A stretch of 63,555 bases of DNA, filler included, from Choristocarpus tenellus KU-1152 (Eukaryota > Protista > Phaeophyceae): NCBI GenBank assembly GCA_964200185.2. It is 9 parts of 9 records of this genome, joined end to end, with 100 filler letters (N's around TTAATTAATTAA, not from the genome) between each part and the next. Parts side by side here need not be neighbours in the genome. Positions count along the whole stretch, not along the records: positions 32,530 to 38,454 come from CAXNAD020009397.1; positions 38,555 to 49,418 come from CAXNAD020002661.1; positions 49,519 to 54,932 come from CAXNAD020010859.1; 6 more parts are not named here. One strand, 5' to 3'. Below are positions 36,507 to 50,903 of the stretch, in pieces. Each line of letters begins with the position of its first letter. Positions within the stretch are counted from its first letter, which is position 1. The notes beneath the pieces were generated by a model. It was not told the origin of the DNA, made no database searches, and saw nothing but the letters and a program-made list of their open reading frames with translations. The position numbers and the translations under genes are program-made.

Positions 36507-37052
36507 CTCCTCTTTCTCCTGTATTGTTGATAAACATTGTAGAACCAACAACAATGAAGACGTCTGGATTATAACCAGATATCGCCCCTGTGTGAAGGTG
36601 GCAAGGGGATACAGACATAGCAATGTGATAACACAAACATGCTGTAAGCCCGAAATGAAAATTGTGAAATTTGAGAGAAATTTGAGCGCTCAACATAAGT
36701 TTAGTACGTCCATTTGTGCACCATTTAGGTGTAGGTAGACTGAACTACAGTTAGGTATTCAGGTGGAAGCACAAGGTAAACTACACTGTGGTCATAGATG
36801 GGAAGGGACTTTGTATGTATCAAAGGGAAGGATTAAGATACGGACTATAATACCACAAGTGTACAAAATGATGCTTTGAGGAAGAAATAAATCAAAACTT
36901 AAAGTTCAGAGGACTTCAAGCCAGGTGCAATCATGGCAGACAATAGGCAATGAATCTATCCCTTGTCAGGCTCTTACCTCCATTTCCTGCTGTGTTGTTG
37001 ATAAATGTTGTGAAACCACTGATGACAGTATAGGTATCACTGGAAATCGCAC
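36507..37052 (-). CDS. Two exons encoding polymorphic-membrane-protein-type (GGAI/FxxN) beta-helix repeats; gene possibly decayed
   Basis: 36978-37052 GAISSDTYTVISGFTTFINNTAGNG and 36507-36587 GAISGYNPDVFIVVGSTMFINNTGERG; both phase 1-1 with cag/gta boundaries. Confidence 0.65.
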
Positions 37053-38554
37053 CTGTGTGAGTGTTGCAAGAGGGTATAGACAATCATATACGCACAAACA
37101 CAATAGCAATGAGATCTTGAAATATGCACTTAAGGTCAAAGAGGAATCTTGAAGAATTCTGGGCGCAAACGGAACGTTTACTGCACTAAGTATAAACTGT
37201 CAATATATAGGTGGGGTGAATGGCACCCATACGTTTATGGAAAAAATATTATGAGTTTCAGTCTTAAGGTTACAGTCAAAGTATATACTTCAGCTCGTCA
37301 ATCACTCCCAAGTGCTTACTGTCCCACTCAAGATTATTAGTATATAAAATTGCAAATCAAACCTTTCAATAGGTCCTCAGGACCAGCATTTGGGGTGCAG
37401 TCCACAAGCGTGCTAGACCACAGAATGGATAAGGCACGTGACCTCTGGCAAACAATTAATAGTATATGTGCTCAGCTATTAGAAAAAACTCAAGCTACAA
37501 TGGAAAGATGCTTTGAATGCAGCAAGCTCGAGGTGTACAGAGAGAGCCTTGATTGCAACAAACTATCCAATCTCTGTCAGCTAAAAGAACACCTACAATA
37601 AGATCCATGGGATGTCAGTAACACTTACACCAATGGATGGTGTTTATGTCACATTGAGTCAGTAGGGTCCATGTCCACTAACCTAGAAAATTAGACTCTT
37701 CTCGCCTAAAGAGGCTCACCTCCTGCACCAGACTCCACATAGTTGTCAACAAATATTGTATTGCCTCTGATCTCAATTTGATCGCCATCAATAGCACCTG
37801 GGAAAAAAGGTGAGGGGGTTCATAAGCAAAAGTGTGCACACCATCAGCAAAACAAACAGCAAGAAAATCCCCAAGTCTAGTACACTGCAATTGATCTTCA
37901 TCAACGCCTGCTTCAACTTTTTTTCCTCTTCAACTACAACACCACAATCCATTTTGACAATTTCGAACTTTGCCATGCATACTCACAAACTTTATAAACA
38001 CATCTCGATACCAAGGTTACAAAAGGCAACATTCACTGATATATCTCCAGACCTGCTAGTCATATTGAGCCAACACAATGAAATGTAGCAGAGGAAACAT
38101 TTGATGTTGCACCTCAAATACATTGTATTGAGCCTGTGATTAGCCCACAGTATGTCACTACCAGAAACAAAATAGTACTGAACTTTTACATACTCCTAAC
38201 AAGTCTAATATACAAAATCGTATTTGATCAGAAAATATATACACGAAAGTGCATTTACATTATACATCCGACGTATGCAACCAAATCACCCAAAAATTGC
38301 GATATGAACAAATTGACCCCAAGTGGACAGCCGCCACCTCCCCCAGATACTTTGTTTGTTACCAATAAGAATATCACAACAAGAAAATTCCAAAAGACAA
38401 TATTTCTCCACTTAACAAATGATCCAAAGTATCTGGGGAGGGGGGGGGGGAGTCNNNNNNNNNNNNNNNNNNNNNNNNNNNNNNNNNNNNNNNNNNNNTT
38501 AATTAATTAANNNNNNNNNNNNNNNNNNNNNNNNNNNNNNNNNNNNNNNNNNNN

Positions 38555-41500
38555 CCCCTAATCCCACCCTCTCTGCCACAGCCTCAATTGTTGCTGTCCC
38601 ACTACCTTGCTCCTCCAGATCCTTCATGCCACATCCCCCACTACCTACTCCTCCCCCTCCTGAAACCCTGGATGACTTACGTTTTACAGGCTTAAGGCCC
38701 GCAATGGGTGCTGCCGGTATGGGGCCATCTTGTCTCTGTCTCTTGGCACTGGAGCTGTCACGGCTATCTGTCGGTTGTGCTAGCACCCTCGGCTTGAGAG
38801 TGTGTGACCCCTGCTAGTGGAAACATATACGTAACAAAAAATAAAATAAAGTACGTACCATTGGAACTAATACACAGTAGTCATGCATAGAAACTTACCC
38901 AATTAATGCATCTGAAATACCTGTGGCTATGCCTACCTATGTTTCTCTTTATATACATACTGTGGAGGCAACAAAAACCCCTATGAGAGTGTACATGGGG
39001 GGAGGGGAACAACAACAACCAGAGGAGCATGTGACCAGGAATCGCCACGTGCTTTCAAAATACGTTTCATTGGCTTCGTAGCATCCGCGATGCCGTACAT
39101 GCGTTTTTAAGTTATAGACATTTTTGCATTTGCTGCAAACACAAAAAGGTGGTATTGCCTCTCACACAAGATCATCCCCACATGGAGAATACACAGGAGA
39201 TTTGTACCCTATAATGAAACACACACAAAAAGTTGAAAACAAAACAGTTTGCAACACAAAACTAAAACATATTTTCCCACTGATTTAGTGCAAGCAGAGA
39301 TGAACAAGTTATATCAAGGAACTACTGTGATAGGCACCTGTCTTACTCATAGGGTTGAGTTAGCAACTTGAGGTGTTTAGTGGTAAAATCTGGTATCAAA
39401 ACTTAGGTTCAAGGACCATTCTGGACCTCTGTTCCTTGTGTTCCTACCTACTGTAGAAAATTTCTGCAGTGGCCATAAAAAAAAATACATTTAATGAACT
39501 ATTTTTACTCTCTACATGAAGACAGCAAATTTACACTATATTCTGCAAGTATGGTTGATCTCACTCCAACATATCAAACTTGTGATGGTTCAGCTTGAGC
39601 AAGCTTTGCTGCGCAAAATATTTTGCATTCTATGTGAATGGGAACATAGGGTCCCTCCTTGTCCAATGCAAAAATGCATTACTGTGTGTAAATACTCGGT
39701 GAGTTTGAGCGGAAACAAATAATGGCTACACATATGTGATGAGGATGACTCATCAGTTTTCATGCTAGTAATTACCACAGCAATTATGAACCATGGGTAT
39801 CAAAGGAGCCAACAGAAAGAGTGTCAAAACCACCAGCAGATCGAAAAATCATTGAAGTGTAGGCAGGTGGGGTGGGGTTTGAGGCCTTGTGACAACTCAC
39901 AGGGCAGATAAGGTGATACGGGCACAAGATAGGCACTAAAACACACACAGATGATGAGTCTGTAACAAAGCTCTTGTTGAGCATATACTGAAGACTAGCA
40001 AGATGCACTGGGTCATATCACTACATACAGAACAGCATATCTCTGTGTGTATTGGGGGGGAAGGGGGGAGATCNNNNNNNNNNCAGCTGTCCATTTTGGG
40101 TCAATTTTTTCATGTCGCGATTTTTGGGTGTTTTGGTTGCATACGTCGGATGGATACTGGGTAAGTTGCAAAAAGAGGGAGATATGTAGAGGGAAACAGG
40201 GCGAGCGAGGGATGATATTGGAGCAACATTTAACTATAAACAGTACAAGAATCGTGCAGTAAGTAAACTATGGTGACAGAAATATTCATATATATATATT
40301 GCCATGGATATCCTCCACAGCACTAAGAAAGCAGTGACACTAATCCATTAGGTCAGTTGCAATAGCGGTGGTGTAGTGCATCAGCATCAATGCTCCAAGA
40401 GACACTGACCAAGTTGGTTTTCCAGCTAAAACTAATTTTCAAGGCATCTGCACAGAGGTCCTCCAACTCTGATGATGCTACTCTGTTGTGTACCTCGTTT
40501 TATTCTATACAGAAAACAACAAATGTACCAATAGTGAAGGCATTGTAGCCTATCTGAGTATTCCATTGAGTTGAAAAAAATGCCTACACCCTGTAACCAT
40601 ACGTCATTCCAGACCAGGTTGGCAGTCCGCCAAGGTAAAGCAAGAAATAATCACACACCAACAGAATAAAAGGAGCTTTCTGTCAGGTCACCAAGAGTCA
40701 ATTGCCTAGGAACGATCTCCCTGCCAATCTTCATCAATTCTTACGGAGAGTAAGTGGTGGTGACCCGAAGCAATTAAATGACCAAACCCAACCACAAGAA
40801 CACATCATGAAGCTGAATTCCCTCACTATATGCTACTTCCACCATATCTGGCAGTTCGTTCATGCCCATTACAGCATGTGCCGTGCCGATCCCATTGATA
40901 CTTCAAGTGTATCACTTCGCAGCACAAATTGCACAACTGTCATGCATTCAGAGCACTGCAGAGCATATCAACTGTATCATATTCACCCACGCCTCCCAAG
41001 TCCTTGTCTTCACACAGTACCTGTAATGCTGCTGCCCGAAACCCCTCAATAGCAGCCCTCTCCTCCTCTGCCTTCTTAGCCTCCTTGTCCTTCCCAGCCA
41101 TCACCATCTCCTGCATGAAGATGCTGTCTGACATATCATACCCTAATCGAGGATGCACAGTCTATTGGCCAGAACAAAACAGTCACACCTTTAGAGTCAT
41201 AAATTATTTAGACATTGCACATGCATCAAAGTACATGATATATGAAATGTGAGATACTAGATTTGCATTGTATCGAAGGGTGTAGGGCAGAGAGGGATGA
41301 ACCTGGAAATTTGTTGATATGTTTGAGGCAAAGAGGCTGATGTTATTGGCGGGATTGGGATTGGATAGATGACCTAGACAAATCTATCCCTACCTCTAAA
41401 CATGGGAGGCAAGACAAGAGGAACGCACATAAACGAAGATACTGCAATATTGTTCAAAAGAGTCCTGCAAAAGGGTTTGACAGGGGAAACCTTGATTCCT

Positions 41501-41843
41501 CTTGTAAGTATCTTCGAGCAGCCCTAAAAATCGCCACAAGCCCTTTGTTTAGCCTAGTTGTACCTTATGGAGCTGAAAATTACTTGGTTGAGGAAAACTT
41601 ATGTCTAGAGAGCGTGGGGTTTGTAGATAGAGTAATCCACAGTGGGCAATATTGGTGCATTCTCTAGTATGATGATGACAATAGGCAAATAATTATGCTA
41701 TTTTGGGGGAAACATCACTCGGTACAGCAATAAGGCATTTGTCAAGTGGCATTTAACTTCACGAGGTGCGCCCGCATCGACATACCCACCTCTGTATGTT
41801 GAAGTAGCTCCTCAGGGACGCCAGTAGTTTGCGAGCCAGCCAT
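38555..41843 (-). CDS. Partial multi-exon gene, weakly FAM192A/NIP30-like
   Basis: Exons 41790-41843 MAGSQTTGVPEELLQHTE; 41021-41142 GYDMSDSIFMQEMVMAGKDKEAKKAEEERAAIEGFRAAALQ, resembling GLDxxExxFL..EE..L..FR; 38555-38813 low-complexity. The first junction is phase-mismatched, so an exon is missing or the start is wrong. Confidence 0.35.
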
Positions 41844-43811
41844 GGGTTCAAAGCTGATCCTCTGCCTCGCCTTTTCGAGGTTCTGTGTGTATGTGGTGGG
41901 CAAGCGGTAGCTGGTTGGTTGTTGGTGGCGGGTTTCTCGGTTATTAGAGAACACTCGACAAAACTGTGGGAATCAATGGCAGTTTGTTACATATGGGCGC
42001 TGTCCCTCTAGAAGATAGCTTTTCGCCTGTGTAGCATTGGTTCTGATCACAGATTTAAGTTGCACTGCTATATACCAAGCTTAAGAAATAGAGCTGTGGC
42101 TTGCGACATTGACTGAATACGCCGTACTCGCCAAAAAAACAACTCCCCTTCAAGATAGCTCATCTCTTGATCAAGATGCTCGTGTGTCTCATATCAAATA
42201 TTGACACCAGTGGAGGGATATTCAGGTGAGTTGATGCTGCGAAAGAGGGGGAGACCGGGGAGAGGGGTCATTGTTTCGATACCAAATGGTTGCCCATTTG
42301 TCAACGAACGAAAAAGGGTTTATTACATATCAATGAGAGGGGAATCTCGTTGGATATGGCAAGTACCGGGGGTGAGGGTAATCATCTTCATAGCACAGGT
42401 TAATCAGACATATCCCAACATACTTACTGCACAAGAGGAAGCAACGTCGGTGATAACTGCCCCAACCCACGTTTGCGGTCATAGTCGAACTGCAATGATT
42501 CTCCCAAGGAACTCTTACCTTCACCTCTCCCATATGGTTCGCGGTTGAGTCGCCGCTTATCATCTTTGCCCTCAGAAATCGAAGAGGAATCCCTCTATCC
42601 TCACACCTAAGCACGGTCGGGTAAGTCTTGGATTGACACTACTCTATTTCATGGTTTGCACATACACTCTATTGTTTGTACCCAGTTTCTTCATTTCTTC
42701 ACTACTATATATTACATCAAACACCCAGAGTCCCTGCGTATCGCTCTGGCATATCTTGGAGCGTAAAAATTTGATGAAAATATTAAAATCAATAATAACT
42801 AAGATAGAAAAATAGGATAGAATAGTTACAGGTTCTTTTTTTTTATCCGGGTATTCCCATGTACCTTTTTGGATCATTCAGAACATACTTGGCGTAACAA
42901 CCGGCCTTGGAAACTAATTTTCTAGGTACTCGATAAAAACTTGAGATTTTTAGCGAGTGTGACAGTCACCTTTCCTAGAAATCTCAACAAGTTGTGTTTA
43001 GAGGGGTTATTTGCAATGGATTTTGTCTACACGCAAAAAAAAAGTTGCGCAAGTGACGAGGGATGAGGTCGTGTTTTAGACTTAGGTTCGATATCCCAAA
43101 ACAAATAAGTCGTGTTCGACTCATCAGGTTGTATAACTACCATACTGAAGGCCTCTTCATTCTGACTCGCTGTAAGGTTGTGGTTGACGAATTGTTGACA
43201 TTGGTTGGCATGTCCAACAGGATCTACTCTATACGAGGAGCACCTCCCACAGATTCGTTAGTTTTTTTTAACTTACTGGAATATTGGACCGCATTCTAGA
43301 AGCGGGCTCATGCTCTCGGCTCTCGAAATATATATTTTTCTCAACACACACACACATATCCATCGCTTGTGCGAAATTCAGGGATTTTCATTTGCCTAGG
43401 CAAAACATGTGAATGGTCCTAGTTCGTGGACCAGACTAGTTCCAATATTTTCAGACACGTTCGAACCAGGTCCATCAAGTGTGAGAACCTGTCTGGTCTG
43501 CGAGCTGGACAGGTTCGAATATTTTCTGTTGCATCAGGACTGGTTCCATTAACAATTATAACGGTACGGTTTGCGGACCGGATCGTTCCAATTTCGATTC
43601 GGTCCCAGTTCAATGTACCGGTTAGGTTTGTCTGTCGGTCCGTGTGTAAAATGCCTGCAAATGTTGAATAAACAAATGCTACGTATATCAAGAGGCGGTG
43701 TTACATGCGATATGTCTTGAGGGCGGTTTCATAAACACCATTATGACCTTGAAGTCCTAGATTTTATATATTTGTAATCCTTGACTATTTATTTCATAAT
43801 TAATTATTATC

Positions 43812-44570
43812 ATGTCCCTGTATGGTACATCCATGCCAGTTCCTTTTTTTAATGACGATTTTGATGATACTTCTGAAGGGAATAATCCAAGTGAGAGATC
43901 CAGCATACTTGACGACTTCTACATCAGGAGTCTTGTATGTGCATCAGCGTTGTCTATAGGTTTGTGGACTGGAGCTATACATCCTGTGAAGGTAAGGTTT
44001 TGGAGCGTGCTGTAACACCAGGACCTGTGATGTGAACACAAAATGCATGAGATGGTGATAGCCGTAAACGTATACAGACAGAAATCAATTAGTTTTAATG
44101 GTATTAAGTACGAAAGGTGCAAGTGACTGAAAGGTTTGTGAGAGCCACTTGTCAAAATTGTTTGGTTCTTATGTCACCACGTTTCTAAGTACCATGTGGT
44201 ACATGGTACAAGTATTGTGTAGGATTAACACCGTGCTCTACTTCTTATATACTGTATAATAGGTACAGGAACCTGATAGGGTTCCTACCGTAGGTGTTAC
44301 TTGTCATGGGATGATTGACCTGTGTGTCAAGTGTTTCCAGCAGAGCCGATCCATGGCCATCAACTGTTTCAACATCGCTGGACTGATGAAAAGCCCTGGA
44401 AAAGATCTAGACTATATAAGAGCTCATTTGTTTCTTTGTACACTTGGCCGAGCTGAAAGATTGTTCGATGATACCAGCATGCCACAGAGCAAGCTATGAA
44501 GACCCGTTCCTCACACAGGGATACTTCTTCGCCACTCCTCTCTATATTGTCTTCGCCTTCCTGGACACGG
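43812..44570 (+). CDS. Putative small membrane protein, first exons
   Basis: 43812-43991 MSLYGTS..ALSIGLWTGAIHPVK|gtaagg joins in phase 0 to cag|GYFFATPLYIVFAFLDT|gtaacc (44519-44570). A possible last exon starts near 46126. Confidence 0.4.
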
Positions 44571-45776
44571 GTAACCCAATGTTTCCCTCCTCACCCCTCA
44601 TCCCCCCACTTTCGACCAGCTTAGATGGCACACACATGACGCCCAACACTCCAAACGTAGGAAACCTTGACAGGGCCCGAGAGTGGGCAAGCCATGTGGG
44701 AGTGGCAGCCCCCGGATCAACAGGGGACCTGATGGAGGTACTGTGGGGATGGGTTCGGGCGGCGTGGTTCAATGTTTGAGGTAGTTCAAAGTGCAGGAGG
44801 GTCTACAATGTTTTTCTTGAGGTCACTTGTTCTTAGTACGGTTTGTGGTAACTTGGGATTGAATGATCCGTTGGCACTTTTTTGATCGGGGGTAGGGGAA
44901 AGGGGGAATTGTTGACAATATTTTTTAATTATCCACTGCTTTTCTGGAGGATTCATACATACATACATACATATGTATGTATGTATGTATCTTTATGCGT
45001 GCTCTGTTTGGAAATGTGACCTTCGGAGGAGCAGGTGTGGTATCCTCCCAAAATGAACAGTTTGGATAAGAGGAGGCTAATGTTGCTGTTGAGAAATTTC
45101 TTGGAATTTTGTTTTTTTCATTTGAGGTGGGTATTGCTGTGGTAGTTGTAGATGATTAGTCACCCCTTTTCTTAAGCCTTTTGATCCTCCTGGGAATACA
45201 GTACAGGAAGACCTGTGAAGATCGGACAGTAGTTTCTTATGATGGGAGTTTGCTGGAGTTTGAGATTACTCTTTTTTACAGATCTGCACTATAGAATTGA
45301 AAGTGTAAGACCCTGTTCGCTGAGTGGACTGAGCTTCCAATTGTGAAGTAGTGGTGAATGGAAGACACAAAAACATCACCCTCCCATATATTGAGGTCAA
45401 TTTCCTGTTTTATATATGGTCCCAATGTGTACTACTATAACACTTAGTGTGCCCTTTTGTTTATTGGGATACCTTGCTACGTACCCAACTTAATTATTGT
45501 CCTCCTTGTTCCATGGCCTCTCTTAGTCACTCCAAGGCTGAAACATTACGGAGCTACACGAAGAAACAACATTTGACCAAATTGGGGAGTCATTGTTTGA
45601 CGACAAACCAATAGGATTCGCACATCCGGCAACCTCCTCTATTTCCTTTAAACCTTGTCATCACTCTCTCAAAGCACCAACTTGCTCCTCCCAGTCCCCC
45701 AAGGCATTACCGGCACATTGTGCTCTTCTACCTCATGCCACTCACCCCTGCTTACTGTTTTTGAACTCCACCAACT

Positions 45777-46030
45777 GAGCCAAAGTATATTATAGGGTAG
45801 ATCCGCGTCCATTTGGGGCCACAATCCAATGTTGCAATTTTGTAGTTTTGGCTATCGTGTTTGTTAGGAAGTCTCTATATCCTTCTTCCGGAAACATCTT
45901 TTCATAACGTATACATTTCACCTACTCGAAAGGTCTTTGGAGTAGGAAAATGTCATAAAAAAAAGATGGGAAGCCAAGCCCCAAATGGACAAACAGGGCA
46001 AAACTAGTACCCTCTAAAATACTTTCACTC
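45777..46030 (-). mobile_element. MITE family A, TSD AACT/CACT
   Basis: Full-length reverse copy. Confidence 0.9.
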
Positions 46031-48754
46031 CACTGACCCTACTCTTGACATTAAAAGGGGGGGGGCTTCAGAAATGGCTGCTACTGCACAGCGATAACTG
46101 GATTACTTAACCTAAGTCGTTGCAGAGTACCTTCGATCTCAGTCGATCTGGGTATGGCATGGGGGTCGATGGGGCAACGAAGATATGTGACTGTGTGGGA
46201 TTATCAAGTAGGTCGGATTTTTGGCCCCATGGAAGAAGCATAGTGGATCGCTCAGTACTGAGAAGAGTTTTTTTCAGCAATGAAACTGGTGTATTTTGGT
46301 GTGCGATTCTTAAGCCTTGTTGCCATCGGAGATAGAGGTGATTGCAAAATGCTTTGTTGTGCCCTTCGGAAGGAGCCATTGCGTCAACCATCTGACAATT
46401 GTCTGTGTATGTTGGAGGATGTGTTGACGCTCCCTTTTGGTTTGAGACCTCCCAATACTCGCATCTCATCAGAGCTATACTTTCGCCTTAAAGTGTAGAT
46501 ATTGAATCTGGGGAGAGATGAGGAAAGGGGACTTAGTTTGTGAGGTCTATGACTAATTGTGATCCGAAAACGTTGTTCATAGGAGCTCTATGCAAAGCTC
46601 GTTGACATGGACCATGCTCGGTAATGTTTCCCGTAGTCAGCGGTATTATTCGAGAATAGAAAATCCCTATCATGTGCCCTGTGTATATAGTTTTTAACCT
46701 TTTGGTTTTGGTACCAAAGAGCAGCAGTGTGGCAGTTGGCAATGTACTTCGTAGTGCTTCTCCGCATGAACTGAGATATAGACAATAATTGCAATATCTC
46801 TAACCACAGGATATATTTGAACGAAAGAACGGAACAAGTTAGCAGTATGCACACACTTCTGTATCCCATGAGTCCAGACAAAGGTTCTTGTGGCTTTGAG
46901 ATCTTTCAGAGTGGCTAGGCAAAACTCCACACTAGTAAAAGGGAAGATCCTGAACAAGCAGTGTAGAATTGTATATTTTCTGGCATTTTTTTTACTACTT
47001 TTCCTAAATTTCATGGATAATATTTGGGAGCATTCAGTAGTATACATTAATGTATCCATGGTTGTGACTCCAACCATGAAAATATTTTATTTTGTTCAAT
47101 TCTAAACGTATCAACAGTAAGAGTAATACTAAATTGTCTGTTCAATCAGTTTGAACACTTCGGGGGGCAGGCAGTAAATGTAGAGCATAGGTCATATTTG
47201 AATTGTTCTTAACGAGGATATTGCAAAGCTCCAATACGAGGTTACCCAAAAATCTTAGAGAAATCAGACTTCGTCTACCTACTCCGATACCTGAAAATGT
47301 CAAAAGAAGTGCCTGATACTATCTTGTGTACATTTATGGCCTGCCCCGCAAACTGTTGAGACTGGTGCTGAACAAAGGGGGCATGACCTTCTCTGGGGAT
47401 TGAAAACAATTTGACCCCAACTAAACAACTATAGTGTGTGTAAAATAAATCCTCGGGGTCAGATTGTTCTATCTTTCGCGTCTAAGTACGTGTTCAGTAA
47501 GATTGGAGGGATAGAGGATCTTGTAGTGTACATTGAAACTAGCCTCCCTTTTTCTTTTCTGCAGAGATTCTGCTGGCTGCTGGTTGCGTGTTAATTAGGA
47601 GGACAAGGTCAAACTTGAGCTATCATGGCAAGGCGTTATGCCTACATCTTTTTGGACTTTGAGGCGATCGTATAGTAAACAGTGCTGTAGACGGAGCATT
47701 CAAAATAACGCCTGTGCCACGATGTTTTCTCAAACACAGTTAGAAAACCTCTAACGTAAACCTTGCAAAAGATGTGAAAATGAAATAGTAATACGCTTCT
47801 AGAATAGGGTATCGATCTGGCCGCTCCTAAAAAAGCTTCAGGAAAACTTGAATTTCTTTTAATACTAGTAGGAAGTGTTACTTCAAGGTGAACTTATGTG
47901 TCTGTGACAAATACAGTAAGCCCGGAGTGCAAACGGCCACACAAGATTGCACCTAAAAGTAGGTAGAGAACCCCCGGTTAAACACAACATGGAAGGTAGA
48001 GGAAGAGATGTCATTGATGTCCTTGCAATTCTACAGGTGTGAGCTGATGTTATATTTGCTTCAACAGTCAACAGTGACAAGACCAACTAAAAAGAACACG
48101 CAAGCCGCCTTCCACTGACAATATATGCCTTCTGAGGGTACACGTAGCTATAATACTATACAACAAACGTGTGCAAGAGTATCCCCCAGGAGACCCACAA
48201 CGTGCTCTCCAAACTTACGCTTCAGCAACACAGTAAACCTACTAGCAACATTTTCTATCATTAAAAATATTACGGAGTCGATTTTTCCATCCAAAATGTA
48301 CAACCCAGTGTCCCCGAGCCTCGACTCCCCCCCAATAAAAGAAACAAAAAAAATGGGGCATGAAAGGATCCAAGATTCCATTAGCCTGTCAATGTCCACA
48401 GATATTTGTCGCTCTTGTAGAGCGATGCAGTTCCACCGTCCACCACGAACTTGGTACTCATTGGACGGCCACCTGAGCCATGACAGATTTAGGAAGTTCG
48501 GCCACCTCCTTCCTGACTTGGATTCGAACTACCGACCATTTTGGTGAATTTCCTGTAAGTGGTCGGTGCGACATGTGCCACAGGTGGCATTCAGCATCCA
48601 GCAGGAGAAGATGCATTGTAATACATGCCTAGTGCATGAATTGTGCTCAACAACATAAATCCAAGCTATTCTAATAGTTCCCAGGAGTAGGAATGGGAGA
48701 ACCACACACACGGAAAAATCTTACAAAAATACAACTCAAACACAACTACCCAGT

Positions 48755-49009
48755 GGTCAAAGTATCTTAGAGGGCAGAGCCGCGTCAATTTAGGGGCAAA
48801 ATCCAATGTTCTGATTTTGATGTAATTTGGCTGTTGTGTTTATTGGCAAGTGTCAGTATCCTTGTTCTGGACACACCTTTAAATAACATACACATTTTGT
48901 CTACTCCTAAACATTTTGGAGTAGGAAGATGTGGTAAGAAACCCGTGGGAAGGCCAAGCCCCAAACGGCAAACAGGGCAAAACTCGAACCCTCTAAGATA
49001 CTTTCACTC
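48755..49009 (-). mobile_element. MITE family A, flanked by AGT/AGT
   Basis: Full-length reverse copy with a degenerate left end. Confidence 0.88.
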
Positions 49010-49172
49010 AGTCTTTCCACGTCCTCAGGGCAATCCCTCTCTCTGGCAGGGTCCACTTCACATCAATTCATCTATCCACTCACCACAGTGCCCCGCTCTG
49101 TGACGGACATGACCACTCTCTCCCTCTCTTCTTGGTCGTACATATTGCTACCTCCTCTTCAGATATGCTTTT

Positions 49173-49418
49173 GAGCCAAAGTATCTTAGAGGGTAGAGTC
49201 GTGTCCATTTGAGGGTCAAATTCGAATGTTGCGATCTTGATGTAATTTTGGCTACTGAGTTTGTTAGGAAGTGTCGATATATCAATGTTTCAGACAAACC
49301 TTTTCATAATGTACACATTTTACCTACTCCTAAACATTTTGGAGTAGGAAAATTTCATAAAAAAATCCACGGGAAGCCAAGCCCCAAATGGACAAACAGG
49401 GAAAAACTCGTACCCTCT
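49173..49418 (-). mobile_element. MITE family A, truncated at contig end
   Basis: Starts GAGCCAAAGTATCTTAGAGGGTA and runs into the linker. Confidence 0.88.
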
Positions 49419-49553
49419 NNNNNNNNNNNNNNNNNNNNNNNNNNNNNNNNNNNNNNNNNNNNTTAATTAATTAANNNNNNNNNNNNNNNNNNNNNNNNNN
49501 NNNNNNNNNNNNNNNNNNGCGCGGGGGGGCATGGAAGACACGTGGGCAGAGCG

Positions 49554-49734
49554 GAGCCATAGTATCTGGGGGGGGGGGGGATGGTGGCTGTCCATTTGGA
49601 GCCATTTTTTTTATGCCGTAATTTTTGTGTGATTTGGTTGCATATGTCGGATGGATAATATAAGTGAACCTTTCCTGGTTATGGCCCAGATGGACACCCT
49701 GATGTAGACCCCCCCCCCCAAGATACTTTGGGTT
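49554..49734. mobile_element. MITE family B copy
   Basis: Same body and TIRs as 8351-8534. Confidence 0.85.
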
Positions 49735-50046
49735 GCAAGTAATCAAACACCCCAGTGGCACGCAGTGCTGCAAGGCAAAGAGACTCCCCAACCTGAACGG
49801 AACTCCTGCGGAGGCATAAATGTTTCTATTTGTTCTTCTGGGAGATCCGAAGACGTGATTGTTTAGTGTACACACAAAACCTCAAGAGGCGCCCTAGAAA
49901 AGGCCAGAGGGGCCAGACAAATTCTTCTTTTTTTCAAGCTCTTTGTCACAGTCACAATTTTGTCCTTATATATATATATATATATATATGTATGAAAACC
50001 TCAGCATCAATCGATATGTTGAGATTCAACAGCAGACAGAGGGTTT

Positions 50047-50314
50047 GAGTCAAAATAAAATGAGAGGTACCCAGGTTTTGGCCGTTTTTTCATTTTTTTC
50101 CCATTTTTTCTTATCTTTTTCGGTTCACATTTTTTTTATTTCTACGGATGATTTGCTACTAGTGACTTGAAAACGTTGATTTCTCCATTGTTTGGAAATT
50201 TTCGACAGGATACAGAAAATTACCTACGCGCATTGGTACAAAACCCCGAAATTTGGAAAAAATTGTCGGCATCCTTAAAATTCAACCCTGTGAACCTCTT
50301 GTCTACTTTGACTC
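50047..50314. mobile_element. MITE family C, flanked by TTT/TTT
   Basis: GAGTCAAAATAAAATGAGAGGTACCCAGG ... CCTCTTGTCTACTTTGACTC. Confidence 0.8.
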
Positions 50315-50903
50315 TTTGTCATACAGGTTGTTATTAATCTAAATCAACTACTTCATATACATTGGACATAAGGATTACAGGCAGGACGAATTTTCCACCA
50401 ATGTGCTTGGTAGAGTTATGAACATTTCGGTGCAGTTCTATCATTATATTATATATACACTATTGTTTTAGGTGGTGTGTGTAGTGAGTTGTGGGAAGTG
50501 ACACCTTGTCATCTTTTGAAAAGTGCACTAGGGTGTGCGGCTCTCTGGCCTCTGACACTTTCAGTCCCACTCCTGCTTATATTGGAATTACAAGAAACAT
50601 CCAAAGAACCAATGTTGCGTTGGTTACTGTCAATTAATTGAACTGAACTCAATCGAACTGTCCCACTTCACAACACTAAAGAATAGATGCTGAATTATCT
50701 TATATATATATATATATCATGCTGTGAATGTTTCTGATATATCTCTAGGAGATCTAATGCATGCATGTAGTATGCAATGAGTAGGACAAGACAAGAAGTC
50801 AAACGTGCATTTCACAGCACTGAGGGAACAACACCATATGCATAGACAAAAAAAAACTTGTGATTATTCCCCCCCCTCACCACTCGTCTGACTGTTGCCT
50901 TAC

